A DNA stretch of 64,000 nucleotides from an uncultured delta proteobacterium (lineage in GTDB: Bacteria; Desulfobacterota; Binatia; UBA9968): contig CAWJZV010000002.1 in assembly GCA_963847445.1 (NCBI GenBank), positions 64,001 to 128,000 of the forward strand. The letters run 5' to 3'. The notes below the pieces were generated by a model. The model made no database searches, had not been told where the DNA came from, and worked only from the letters and a program-made list of their open reading frames with translations. Positions 30,745-44,512 of this stretch are shown here, piece after piece. Numbering within the stretch: the first letter of the stretch is position 1; each line of letters starts with the position of its first letter. Position numbers and translations under genes: made by a program.

Positions 30745-31528
30745 CTACACCGGCCCACGCTCGCCAAAGATCCAGTGCCGCTTCATCTGCGCGCCATAGG
30801 TCAAACCGAAGCGGCGCTTGGCCACCTCGGTGATCACACTGACCGCCTCGTCGGCGGAGTCGGTGACGGTGATCCGTTCAAGATCGATAGCGTCGATGGT
30901 CCGCGCCTTGACCAACCGCTCGGACATGAATTCGAGCAACGGCGCCCAAAACTCCTTGCCCATCAGAACCAACGGAAACTCACGAATCTTCGCGTTCTGA
31001 ATCAAGGTCGCGGTCTCAAAAATCTCATCCATGGTGCCAAAGCCGCCGGGCAAGGCGATGAACGCATAGGAGTATTTCACCAGCATGACTTTGCGCACGA
31101 AGAAATAACGGAAGGTAACCCAGTGGTCGAGATAAGGATTATGCTCCTGCTCCTGAGGCAGGACGATATTGCAGCCGATCGAGCGGCCGCCAACATCTTT
31201 GGCGCCGCGATTGGCCGCTTCCATGATCCCTGGGCCGCCGCCGGTCATCACCGTGAAACCCGCGGTGGCCAGATCCGGCGCCCACCTGGCGCGCCATGCG
31301 ATAGTAAGGATTGACTTCGGTAAAGCGCGCCGAGCCGAACACGGTGACGCACGGGCCGGCAAAATGAAGCGCGCGAAAGCCGCGGATAAACTCGCAAAAG
31401 ATCCGCGCCGCCCGCGCCACCTCGGTTAAGCGGCGCTGCGGCCCCTCGAGAAAGCGCACAACCTCCGGCGATCCGGGGGTTACGCCCCAACCATCGATCG
31501 CGACGATCTCATCGTTCTCATTCGACAT
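30745..31528 (-). CDS. LOG family protein (TIGR00730-like); frameshift near 31285
   Basis: CVTVFGSAR, TGGGPGIMEAANRGA, FFVRK and PGGFGTMDE. Confidence 0.9.
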
Positions 31529-31600
31529 CGCTTCACAACTCCTGCGCTAGCTAGACTTTTTGACGGCCGATTCGCCAACGGCAAGAAACCGTCGAGAAAC

Positions 31601-34594
<2,994 letters not shown>

Positions 34595-34615
34595 GGCTCA
34601 CCTCCGCGCCGAAGT

Positions 34616-34644
34616 AAAAAAAAACCCAGACCTGGGCCTGGGTT
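34616..34644 (-). terminator. Intrinsic terminator-like hairpin in the guaB 5' leader
   Basis: Minus strand AACCCAGGC-CCAG-GTCTGGGTT followed by a T run, about 20 nt before the guaB start. Confidence 0.65.
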
Positions 34645-34682
34645 GTGGACGCACACCGATTGTTTCAAAGCAAACATGAAGT

Positions 34683-34711
34683 CTTATACCAAGAAATATT
34701 TTTCACGGCAA
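34683..34711 (-). promoter_or_regulatory. Putative sigma70 promoter of guaBA
   Basis: TTGCCG-17 bp-TATAAG on the minus strand. Confidence 0.55.
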
Positions 34712-34764
34712 GAACAGCCAAGATTGAGCCACTGTCATCAATATGGTAGCTAAAGACACCGAAC

Positions 34765-34971
34765 ATGCCGCTTTACGAATACGAATGCACCAAGGGCCAT
34801 CGCTTCGAAGCGATCCAGAAGGTCTCCGACAAGCCGCTCAAGAAGTGCGACAAGTGCCGCGCCGGCGCCAAACGAGCGGTGTCGCAGACCACCTTGCTGC
34901 ACAATCACGGCGTCCATGTCTTCGACCGGGTCACCGGCGACGATGTCCTGCGCGGCCGCCCGTCATCCTGA
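34765..34971 (+). CDS. FmdB family zinc ribbon protein
   Basis: MPLYEYEC..GHRFE..Q...D.PL..C..C. Confidence 0.85.
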   Translation: MPLYEYECTKGHRFEAIQKVSDKPLKKCDKCRAGAKRAVSQTTLLHNHGVHVFDRVTGDDVLRGRPSS

Positions 34972-35068
34972 AGTCCTTCAAGAAAGACAAGTTCTAGCGC
35001 ACTCGCAAAAGCAGCGGCGCAGCTAACGTGGCCCAATCCGCCATTTTCCGTCTCGTATCAATTATCCG

Positions 35069-35185
35069 ATCAACCGAGCATTTCGCGATCGGGGTATGAA
35101 CTCCGCTCGCGACCAAATGGGATGTTCAACCCCCTTTGGAAACCCCAGCAATTTTGTGCCGCAGCAAGCTGCGGGGAAGATTAGA
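35069..35185 (-). mobile_element. Non-autonomous three-hairpin element (117 bp)
   Basis: Near-identical to the copies at 49044 and 56330. Confidence 0.8.
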
Positions 35186-35250
35186 TTCAAAAGAATCCGT
35201 TTGTGCTCGAGAGCCGCCTTTGTTAGCGTACGGGCGCTTCTCAACCGGTT

Positions 35251-36775
35251 ATGCTCGCCAAGGTCAACAGCGCCGCTCTTTATGGTATCGATGCACTCCG
35301 CGTCGAAGTCGAGATCGATCTCGCTTCCGGCTTGCCGCAACTGGCAACCGTCGGCTTGCCCGAAGGCGCGGTCAAAGAAAGCAAAGACCGCATCCGCGCC
35401 GCGGTGAAAAATTGCGGCTACACCTTTCCCGCCAAGCGCATCACCATCAACCTCGCGCCCGCCGACATCAAAAAAGAAGGCTCGGCCTACGACCTGCCGA
35501 TGGCCATCGGCATTCTCGCCGCCGAGGGCACTTTCGAGAAAACTCTCCTCGACGACTATTTTCTCATCGGCGAGCTTTCCCTCGACGGCTCGGTCAAACC
35601 GGTGCGCGGCGCGCTGTCGATCGCCATGGCCGCCAAGAAAGAAAAAGTCCGCGGCCTGATACTCGCCCGAGCAAAACGCCTCGGAAGCCGCTGTGGTAAG
35701 CGAAGTCGAAGTGCTGGGCGTGCGCGATCTGCCGCAGGTCGTGGAATTTTTGAACGGCACCCGAACCATCACCCCCACCAGCGCCAACCTCGACGATCTG
35801 TTCAGCCAGCACTCGCAATACAACGCCGACTTCAACGACGTCAAAGGCCAGCAGCATGTCAAACGCGCCCTCGAAGTGGCCGCCGCCGGCGGCCACAACG
35901 TCATCCTCGTCGGCCCGCCCGGCTCGGGCAAAACCATGCTGGCCAAACGGCTGCCGACCATTCTCCCCGATCTGACCTTGGCCGAAGCCCTGGAGACCAC
36001 CAAGATCCACAGCGTCATGGGCACGCTCGGCGGCCAAGCGATCATCGCCACCCGGCCGTTCCGCTCGCCGCACCACACGATCTCCGACGCCGGTCTCGTC
36101 GGCGGCGGCACGGTGCCGAAGCCGGGAGAAGTCTCGCTCGCGCACAACGGCGTCTTGTTCCTCGACGAGCTGCCGGAGTTTCGCCGCAATGTTCTTAGAA
36201 GTCATGCGCCAGCCTTTGGAAGACGGCAACATCACCGTCTCCCGCGCCATGGGCTCGATCAACTACCCGGCGAGCTTCATGCTGGTCGCCGCGATGAACC
36301 CCTGCGTCTGCGGATTTTTTACCGATCCCCAGAAGGAATGCACCTGCACGCCGCTGCAGATCCAACGCTACCGCTCGAAAGTCTCCGGCCCGCTCTTGGA
36401 CCGCATCGACATCCAAGTCGAAGTCCCCGGCCTGCGCTATCAAGAGCTCGCCAGCAAAGATGCCGGCGAACGTCGAACGTCATTCGCCAGCGCGTCAACG
36501 ACGCGCGCAAGATACAACTGCAACGCTTCGAGAAAACCAAGCTCCACGCCAACGCCCAGATGGGCGCCAAAGAGATCAAGCGCTACTGCGCGGTGAAAGA
36601 AGATGCCGAGAAGCTGCTGGAGACCGCGATCAACAAACTCGGCTTGAGCGCGCGCGCCTACAGTCGAGTCTTAAAAGTCGGACGAACCATTGCCGACCTC
36701 GCCGGCGCGGAAAGTATCGAATCGTCGCACATCGCCGAGGCGATTCAGTATCGGAGTTTGGATCGGAGCATGTAA
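35251..36775 (+). CDS. comM: YifB/ComM family Mg-chelatase-like AAA+ ATPase; several frameshifts
   Basis: [50 protein letters not shown] and ARAY.R..KV.RTIADL. Confidence 0.92.
36715..36775 (+). repeat. Direct repeat copy 1 (comM 3' end; attL-like)
   Basis: 60 of 61 nt identical to 42017-42077. Confidence 0.9.
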
Positions 36776-37224
36776 AGATCACCCTCGACACCTGTTTATC
36801 CTTGGCGCCGCACCCACTTTCAGTTCGCTCCTCGTCGGGAACGACTCTGCAACCAAAAAATCGCAACATGATCCGCGCGACCTTATACCCGGCCAGCCTG
36901 TGGTGATGTCGTCGAACCAATGGTGGATCGATCCGACGCGGACAAGTCGCGCCAAGAGATTGCATCAGGGGGAGGCCTAACCAAGTTGTTTTCCTTAGTG
37001 TAGACCGGCGTCTTCTCCGACCCTTCCGGCACGAACGGCTGAGACAGCGCCGCGCAGGGACAGACTTTGCGCAGCTCACGACTCTCCGGCTCTCGGAATT
37101 CGCGTGAGAGACAATCTGCCGAAAAGTGCTGAGGCTGCGCAGCGTTTAGTTTTGAGCATTTCAAAGCCGCGCAACCGTACTCGTATTATTGCCATTTTTG
37201 TGGTTACAGTTGCTTCAATCAATT

Positions 37225-38568
37225 CTAATTTCTCTTAGTTTGTTGTAATGCCTGTGTTATGTCTCGAATCGAGGAGAGTTTTTGGATTGCCTGTACAGAT
37301 TCGATGATTGTGCATTGTTGAACATCAGTGAGTAGTGTACCTACGGAATCTCTGAACTTCGTGACTGTTTGATCCCAGCCTTTCAAATCGCTGGGGACCA
37401 GAAGTGGTTCATCGAGTCGCGAGCCGTTTCTGAGTACCACGATTAGCGAAGGTGCATCGGCGATATGCCGACAACGATCGATTAACCCGACGATTGCCGG
37501 CTCTTGCAAACGTCGGTCGCTGAAGTCGTTAGGTCGGAGACGTCTATAAACAAGAGCGTTAGCAAGGCAAAACGGCATACTGAAGCGTCCTTCAAAACCT
37601 CGTTTAGGGTTCTGCCGAACCAGTGGGTATGGCTTCAAGTCAGCTTCGATTAGTTCAACATCGGCCGCACTCACGGCATGCTTCTCGACGAGTCTGAGCA
37701 TCGCCTCGACGGATGCATGGCTAGCGGTGCATGACGCGAACGGTTTAATTTTAATATCGCGCTCCAGTTCAAACTTGTCGCCAAGATGTTCTCCGAGGCC
37801 CATCAACACTTCTTCAGGAATAGGTCCGAGCGCTTCGAGAAGACCATATCGTCCTTCTAGAGCAGTCTCGTCTGACGTGAATCCTTCTGCTGCGAGAAGC
37901 GCGCAAGTAATTCCAGTCGCAGCGGCATGGCCGACACGAAACGGCTTGGCCATCGTTCCGCCGTCTCTGGTGAGTGCGCCGCACGATCCCGCGGCTAAGC
38001 CGATCGCTGCTGAAGTCTGGTCCACGTCCAGACCCAATACCTTACTTGCGGCACATGTCGAAGCTATCGGCCCCAAGATGCCATTCGAATGCCAACCTTT
38101 CGCGCCCGGACCAATGCCGCTCGAGCGCTTCGAGAATAGCCCGTCGAGCGCCGCGCGAACTTCTCGGCCGACAACAAAAGCCTCTAGTGCTTTAGCGCCG
38201 GATGAATCGAATTCCTCGGCCGCAGCGATCGAGACCGCCAGAGTATAAGTCGAGGCGTGATTTCTGTCATCATAGTCCAGGGCGTGCGCCAGCGTTCCGT
38301 TCAACAGTACGGCATCGCGCATATTCGAACGAAGCGGAGTACCCCAGATTGTACAAGAACCGGGTGCGGCATTCTTGCCGGCGAAACGCACTAGCTTCTC
38401 ACCGATCTCCTGCGACGCAGCTAGTACCGCCACCCCGAGACAATCGAGAATCGCTATCTTGGCATTATCCACTGCTTTTTGCGGGACTTTCTGCAAAGTC
38501 AGGCCAGCTGAGAACTTGGCCAACTTAGTGGACAAGCCGCTACGTAAGTCCATACTTTGTTGATCCAT
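37225..38568 (-). CDS. MmgE/PrpD family protein
   Basis: ILDCLGV, NGTLAHALDYDD, GWHS, MAKPF..G and FSMPFCLA. Confidence 0.9.
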   Translation of the reverse strand: MDQQSMDLRSGLSTKLAKFSAGLTLQKVPQKAVDNAKIAILDCLGVAVLAASQEIGEKLVRFAGKNAAPGSCTIWGTPLRSNMRDAVLLNGTLAHALDYDDRNHASTYTLAVSIAAAEEFDSSGAKALEAFVVGREVRAALDGLFSKRSSGIGPGAKGWHSNGILGPIASTCAASKVLGLDVDQTSAAIGLAAGSCGALTRDGGTMAKPFRVGHAAATGITCALLAAEGFTSDETALEGRYGLLEALGPIPEEVLMGLGEHLGDKFELERDIKIKPFASCTASHASVEAMLRLVEKHAVSAADVELIEADLKPYPLVRQNPKRGFEGRFSMPFCLANALVYRRLRPNDFSDRRLQEPAIVGLIDRCRHIADAPSLIVVLRNGSRLDEPLLVPSDLKGWDQTVTKFRDSVGTLLTDVQQCTIIESVQAIQKLSSIRDITQALQQTKRN

Positions 38569-38623
38569 CTGTGAATTGCCCCTCGAACTCCAGTCGAATC
38601 CTTCGCTCATGAACAGCGCTGGA

Positions 38624-39679
38624 TCAGCTCATGCCTAGAAGTTTTCTTAAGCGCATCTTCGCCTCTTCCGGTACATCCAAGATTTGCTTGACCGTTTGTT
38701 GAACCTTATCGCCGGGCAGCGGCTCGTCGTCCGGGAACCCCGCTTTCTTGGAATCGGCGATATATTCGGCATCGTGAACGGTGTCCCAAAAAGCCTTGCG
38801 CAAAAGTTTGACGATATCATCGGGAAGTCCGGGAGGACCCAGCATCGGGTAAGCGTTCTCATAAGTGAAGCTGATAGTCTCAGCCACGCTGCGCCACGAT
38901 TTGTCCGGTGCAAGCTCGATCAACGTAGAGACATCGGGAAGGTCGCGGATCCGCTTCTCGGCGATCTGAACGATCACGGCCGCAAAAGGTTTGCTGCTGC
39001 CGAATTGTTTAAACCAGGTAGAATGTCTCGCTCTCGCAGAACTCCAGATAAGACCGCACCTCATATCGGCTTCGCCGCGTTCAATGGCGAGGTCGATGGC
39101 CGACCCGCCCGCATAGCCGGACACAACCTGCAGATTTAGGCCAGTGAACTGTTTCACGAGTAAGGCAACCACCGCACCGATGCTGGAGCCACCGGACTCC
39201 GCGTTGCGCAGCAGCGTGCCTGCGGAGCGCTTGATCGCTTCTTGGAGCGTACCGCCGCCTCGATCGATGCGCACGGCACAAACCGCGTCTCCCGTTGTTA
39301 GATTACCAATCCAATGAAACCGATCGGCTTTGTATTTAACGTTTGGATCTCCAATGGCCTCCTGGATCTCCGTTCCCCTAAGAATCTGTGCGATCGTCAG
39401 ACCGTCCGGTTTAACGAGATTATACAAATGGTTTCTCGCTCGAAGACCACCCGCACCGGGCATATTTTCAACGACCACAGTGGGGCTTCCCGGCAGATAT
39501 TTCGGCGCATGCCTAGCAAAAATGCGCGTCTTCAAGTCATTACCGGCGCCCGGTCCGGATCCAACGAGAATCTGCAGCGTTTTGCCTTTATAGAAACCTT
39601 CCTGCTGCGCCGAGGCTGAATGGCCAAAAATAAACACACCGACGACTGCTATCGCGAGGATGTATCCAGACAATCTCAT
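38624..39679 (-). CDS. Tripartite tricarboxylate transporter substrate-binding protein (Bug/TctC family)
   Basis: FYKGKT..ILVG..PG, ENMPGAGG, KPDGLTI, GY.GG..I.LAIERGE and PPGLP. Confidence 0.88.
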   Translation of the reverse strand: MRLSGYILAIAVVGVFIFGHSASAQQEGFYKGKTLQILVGSGPGAGNDLKTRIFARHAPKYLPGSPTVVVENMPGAGGLRARNHLYNLVKPDGLTIAQILRGTEIQEAIGDPNVKYKADRFHWIGNLTTGDAVCAVRIDRGGGTLQEAIKRSAGTLLRNAESGGSSIGAVVALLVKQFTGLNLQVVSGYAGGSAIDLAIERGEADMRCGLIWSSARARHSTWFKQFGSSKPFAAVIVQIAEKRIRDLPDVSTLIELAPDKSWRSVAETISFTYENAYPMLGPPGLPDDIVKLLRKAFWDTVHDAEYIADSKKAGFPDDEPLPGDKVQQTVKQILDVPEEAKMRLRKLLGMS

Positions 39680-39700
39680 AATAACTCCGGAGATTCGCAC

Positions 39701-40846
39701 TCATTCAACGCCGTAAAACTTTGCAGCGTTCTTCCAGGTTAAGTTTCGCCTTATCTCATCGGACACACCCTGGAACTGAGCCTTAATGATATCTTTGGAG
39801 TGCGGCCAAGTCGCGCCGCCGTGCGGGTAGTCGCTCGCCCACATCACGTTATCAACTAGATTGAGGGCTTGTGAACCGAGAACACCGACGCGATCGTCCT
39901 GAAATGTAATGAAAACCTGCCGTCTGATACACTCGGTCGGTAGCGCTTCGATGGTCGGTGATTCGGGCGCCTCTGAACGCGCTCGGGCGACGGACCCATC
40001 CATTTTGGCAAAAAATGGGTACAACCAGGACAATTCGTACTCGGCAAAAACGAACCGAAGCTTCGGAAATCGATTGAGTACGCCACCAAACACAAGGTCC
40101 GTGAGCAGGGCCAGAGGCTCCAGGATTGCGCGCCTGACTGCATTGCGGCCCTGCTGTAACTGAGTGATAACTTTCATACGAGCGGCCATTCGATCTCTGC
40201 CCTGCAATATATTCACGTGAAAATGGATGGGATAATCTAAATCTTGGGCGACTGCCCACAACCGATCGAATTCCGGATCAGCGTAACTCATGCCATCCGG
40301 AAGGCCTGACGGTAGCACGACACCCTTATGCCCGAGCTTCACGCAACGTTTCATTTCGTCAATCGACCATGCGAGATCGAGAGCAGACAAGAGACCAAGA
40401 CCGAGGAGCCGATCCGGCGCCGCCTCGCAGTAGTCGCATAACCAATCGTTGTACGATCTGAGCCCGGCTTGCTGGAGCGGAACCTCTTCGCCTTTCAAGC
40501 TATAAAAATTGCGCGCCATGCTCGGATAAAGAACCTCCATTTTGACTCCATCGAGATCCATATCGCTCAATCGCGCCAACGGATCCCAGGGCCCGCGCCA
40601 GTTCTCCCACTTAAAATTCTCAATTACTTTGCGAACCCCGCCGCCCTCTTTCTCAACTCCTGCCGTAAACGTCATACCCACGGGATCAGGCTCATGGCCG
40701 TCGAACACCATGTATAGACCTTTACGGCCGGGCGGATCTTGAACGAAATGAGGACCGTGAGCGCGCAACTGTTTAGGGATACGCTCCCATGCTGCGGGTG
40801 GTTCGTTAACGTGTGAATCAGCCGAGAAATTTGTCGCCTCGTCCAT
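39701..40846 (-). CDS. Amidohydrolase family 2 protein
   Basis: SADSHVNEP, DMDLDGV..EVLYPS, YNDWL and MWASDYPH; RBS GGAGG before ATG at 40846. Confidence 0.9.
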   Translation of the reverse strand: MDEATNFSADSHVNEPPAAWERIPKQLRAHGPHFVQDPPGRKGLYMVFDGHEPDPVGMTFTAGVEKEGGGVRKVIENFKWENWRGPWDPLARLSDMDLDGVKMEVLYPSMARNFYSLKGEEVPLQQAGLRSYNDWLCDYCEAAPDRLLGLGLLSALDLAWSIDEMKRCVKLGHKGVVLPSGLPDGMSYADPEFDRLWAVAQDLDYPIHFHVNILQGRDRMAARMKVITQLQQGRNAVRRAILEPLALLTDLVFGGVLNRFPKLRFVFAEYELSWLYPFFAKMDGSVARARSEAPESPTIEALPTECIRRQVFITFQDDRVGVLGSQALNLVDNVMWASDYPHGGATWPHSKDIIKAQFQGVSDEIRRNLTWKNAAKFYGVE

Positions 40847-40912
40847 GATATGCCTCCTAGTATTCAGCTGCGATATTTTGCTGGACGCTAGATCAGAACC
40901 CTTATCAAGTAT

Positions 40913-40960
40913 TTGCAAATATTCTTTCAAATCGGTATCAAAATGAAATAATTCTGTCAA
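40913..40960. promoter_or_regulatory. Two imperfect palindromic boxes in the divergent promoter (candidate RpiR operators)
   Basis: TTGCAAATATTCTTTCAA and TGAAATAATTCTGTCAA, about 30 bp apart. Confidence 0.4.
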
Positions 40961-41009
40961 TTGAGAAAACAGGGACGACCCAAACGACGAATCGAAAGAC
41001 ACTATTATC

Positions 41010-41867
41010 GTGGACCTAATCAACCGAGTTCAGCATCGCTATAACACGCTAAGTAAAATCCAACGGAAGATTGCCAACTATCTTGCGAGTGATGGAATTG
41101 CGGCATCGTTTGATTCCATCACGGAGCTGGCTCCGAAAATCGGCGTAAGTGAAGCGTCGTTGGTCAGGTTCGCCAAGCAGCTTGGATACAAAGGCTATCC
41201 GAGTTTTCGCAAGGAACTTCAAGCCGAATTCAGAAAAACAACCGGAAACGTCTCGCGCTTTCGCCACGCGGTCACGAGCGTTTCGGACGAACGCTTTCCG
41301 GAGTCGCTATTTCAAAGCGACATTGAACTGATCGAGGAGACGCGATCGAAGTTGACTGAAGCTGCGTTTACCGAAGCTGTTGACATGGTCGGCCGCGCGA
41401 ATAAAATTTTTATCATCGGGTTTCGCGCGGCTTTTTCACTCGCTTATTTTCTGTATTTTCGTTTTGTCCGGCTTCGAATGGACGTGCGGCTTATCACCGT
41501 AACCGGCGGTACATCTCTAGTTGAGCAGCTCGCGTTACTCGAAAAAGGCGATCTAGTCATTGCCCTCGGGTTTGACGAAATCCCACGGGAAACAAGGGTG
41601 ACCATCGATTTTGCGGTGAAGCATCGAATTCCGGTGCTAGGGGTTAGTCACATTCCGACATCGGAAATCGCGCGAACCTCGACGCTATGCCTAGTGGGTT
41701 GTCGCCGGCCCCACCGAACTCAGTCCCTCGCGCCTTCGATGTCACTGCTGAATGTTTTAGCTATAGCCGTCGCAGCGCGCAACAAGCCCAAGGCGGTTCG
41801 CGCGCTTCGCCGTTTGGACGCGATCGAGCAGCGTTACCTCAAAGCGAAACACGCGCGAGGCTTATAA
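41010..41867 (+). CDS. MurR/RpiR family transcriptional regulator
   Basis: LSKIQRKIANY, SITELA..IGVSEASLVRFAKQLGYKGY and a SIS domain. Confidence 0.92.
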   Translation: MDLINRVQHRYNTLSKIQRKIANYLASDGIAASFDSITELAPKIGVSEASLVRFAKQLGYKGYPSFRKELQAEFRKTTGNVSRFRHAVTSVSDERFPESLFQSDIELIEETRSKLTEAAFTEAVDMVGRANKIFIIGFRAAFSLAYFLYFRFVRLRMDVRLITVTGGTSLVEQLALLEKGDLVIALGFDEIPRETRVTIDFAVKHRIPVLGVSHIPTSEIARTSTLCLVGCRRPHRTQSLAPSMSLLNVLAIAVAARNKPKAVRALRRLDAIEQRYLKAKHARGL

Positions 41868-42016
41868 AGCGAAAAGGTTACTTTCTTTCCGGTCTGCGGG
41901 CGGTCATGCGGGTCGCAATGATCGCTCTGCGCGCCTGGCCCCGGGGGAAAAAACGGGGTGAGCGTCCCTGTTTGAATGAACATGCATCTCGACGACGGAT
42001 CTAGCGGGGCGGAGCA

Positions 42017-42077
42017 TATCGAATCGTCGCACATCGCCGAGGCGATCCAGTATCGGAGTTTGGATCGGAGCATGTAA
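42017..42077 (+). repeat. Direct repeat copy 2 (comM 3' end; attR-like)
   Basis: Encodes [19 protein letters not shown] with no upstream gene. Confidence 0.9.
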
Positions 42078-42773
42078 TCGGCCCTCGTGCGGTCCCCTGG
42101 CTCGCTAACTATCTGACGCGGAGTCGGCAGCGACCACAAATTTAAACACATCATCAATAGCATTCGCTTCTTTTCGAGTCGTGCGCCGTCAAGCGCAAAC
42201 GATCAGCGTTTACGACTCCGCCATCGCCACAGCGCGAGGCGTATTCCCACGCACAGTTTAATAACGGCTTGACACCCAGTGTTAGGGCCAGTCTAGCGCG
42301 GAACGATGCCGACGTAGCTGTCCGCGGTCGCGCTATCCTATTTTTTTTCGCGCTGATTCGCCGTAGGTATTCAAGCAGACTGAGAATTGAGTGGCCCTAC
42401 AGTTGCTGTAAGAACCTCTCGCGCATGGGACATAGGGGACCGTAGAAATTGTCCAGCCTGCAATTCCGCATTTGTGGCTTAGGAGGGATTAAGGTTTTCT
42501 TGATTGTCCTACGATTACTCACGAGGACAACTTCACGCTCGGATGAGAGGGCGCTGAAGCTGATACAGAGCACAAACCAGAATTGCCCTTTTGTATCGGC
42601 CACCATTGCGGTTCGGGTCATTATGAGGTCACCGACTCCCCAGTCCCTAGCAACGGGTAGGTGCTATTACATTTCGATATTAATAAATCGGTGAAGATCC
42701 CACTGTGCATATGACGGCTGGTAACTGAAGTCGCGTTTCAATCGGATAGAATCCAATCCAATGTTCGGCCCAT

Positions 42774-44345
42774 ATGTATAATCGTCACTTTGGTTTCCTG
42801 GAATCACCTTTTGGCATGGCCCCCGATCCGCGTTTCTTTTACGGCAATCCGGTCTACCTGGAAGCCTATGCCAACCTCCGCTACGGCATCGAGGCAAAAA
42901 AAGGCTTCATCGCCATCACCGGCGAAGTAGGAACAGGAAAAACCATGTTGTTGCGCAAATTAATGCGCAGCTTCGAGGACACGATCGATTTCGTTTTCAT
43001 CTTTAATACCAATCTGACGTTCAACGACCTGCTTCGCGCCATATTGCATGACCTGGGCTTAGATACGCAGGGAAAAGACAAATTGGCGATGTTTGATGCA
43101 CTCAACACCTATTTGGTCGAGCAGGGCAAGAAAGACCATATCGTTTGTGTGCTGATCGATGAAGTCCAGAACTTGAGCGATGAATCGCTCGAAGGATTGA
43201 GGCTCCTCTCTAATCTCGAGACCGATAATGAAAAGCTATTGCAAATCGTGATGATGGGCCAGCCCGAGTTCAAGGCAAAACTAAAGCAGTCTAACCTGCG
43301 CCAGCTTAAGCAGCGAATCGCACTTCAATTCGAGCTTGCTCCTCTTACGGACGAAGAGGTTGGTTCTTATATCAATTTTCGGCTCCAATCCGCCGGTTGT
43401 AAAAGAAAAGACCTGTTCCATCCCGACGCTGTTCAGAAGATCGTACTTTATTCCAAGGGCATCCCACGGCTGATCAATGTCATCTGTGACAATGCGCTGA
43501 TTACGGCCTTTGCAGCCTCCCAAAAAACAGTTTCAGCAACTATGATCCAAGAAGTGGCTGACGATCTCGACTTAGATTCGAAAACCCGGCCTGTCGAAAC
43601 CACCAACGTTTATATTGCACCACCATCCGACACGGAAGCAGCACATCTGATTCGTGAAGCGCCTAACCGTGGGGTTCAGCAAAATCTGAGTCGACCGATA
43701 AATGCTCTGGTCGGAACGTTTTTAGTCATTCTCGTCGTTGTCCTCATATCTGTCGTTACCGACCCGCAAAGCTTTTTTTCACTTACCCGGAAAGCTTTTG
43801 AATCGTCTAAAGATAACTCTATCAAACGGGTTCTGGCCGTTCACCAAGACGCCAGCCCGCAGATGACTAATGCGGAAGCCGATAATGCAGGTGGCCGGAA
43901 CCCATCAACTGAGTTCAAATGGAACCAGCCGGTGATCATTCAATACGGTTCCACCATTTATGAAATCGCGAATCATACCTATGGATCGAATGCGATTCTT
44001 GGTATGGACTTGATCAAAGATTTTAATCCTCAAATCAAAGACCTCAATTGGGTCTCCGCCGGCCACAAGCTCATACTGCCTGCTCTCACGCGGGAAACGT
44101 TGGTACGAAAGCATGGCGATGGTTCGTATCGTTTTATCGTAGCGTCATATATCAAGCGAACGGAAGCCGATGAATTGGCCAGTCGCATAGCCCAGGAAGG
44201 GTATCAAGTTATTATCACACGGAGAAAAGTTTCGAACGATCTGTTGCTCCATCGGCTTGAAATTGACGGTTTAAAAACCCTCGAAGAGGTTACAGAAAGC
44301 CTGAAAACCGGACTAAAGAAAAAATGGTTTACATTGTCTGGCTAG
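42774..44345 (+). CDS. ExeA/GspA-like AAA ATPase with TM helix and LysM-like and SPOR-like C-terminal domains
   Basis: MY..HFG..E.PF...PDPRF, GEVGTGKT, IDEVQNL, GQPE and GIPRLINVICD. Confidence 0.88.
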   Translation: MYNRHFGFLESPFGMAPDPRFFYGNPVYLEAYANLRYGIEAKKGFIAITGEVGTGKTMLLRKLMRSFEDTIDFVFIFNTNLTFNDLLRAILHDLGLDTQGKDKLAMFDALNTYLVEQGKKDHIVCVLIDEVQNLSDESLEGLRLLSNLETDNEKLLQIVMMGQPEFKAKLKQSNLRQLKQRIALQFELAPLTDEEVGSYINFRLQSAGCKRKDLFHPDAVQKIVLYSKGIPRLINVICDNALITAFAASQKTVSATMIQEVADDLDLDSKTRPVETTNVYIAPPSDTEAAHLIREAPNRGVQQNLSRPINALVGTFLVILVVVLISVVTDPQSFFSLTRKAFESSKDNSIKRVLAVHQDASPQMTNAEADNAGGRNPSTEFKWNQPVIIQYGSTIYEIANHTYGSNAILGMDLIKDFNPQIKDLNWVSAGHKLILPALTRETLVRKHGDGSYRFIVASYIKRTEADELASRIAQEGYQVIITRRKVSNDLLLHRLEIDGLKTLEEVTESLKTGLKKKWFTLSG

Positions 44346-44512
44346 GCATCGAATACAGAGTGAGCCGTCGACGTAGCAGTGGTTGTAGACAAACGGTCGC
44401 TCATGGGACCTGTTCGTTTACCGCCGAGCGGAACAATCTTAAATTATCCAGCGCTTGATCGCTTGACCGATAAATGGGTTGCTAACAACACCGAAGCTTG
44501 TTCCACGTCGGT

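Larger units (their letters stand above)
36776..42077. mobile_element. Putative genomic islet integrated at the comM 3' end (no integrase inside)
   Basis: Bounded by 61-bp direct repeats; interior is visibly more AT-rich than comM and guaBA. Confidence 0.7.
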
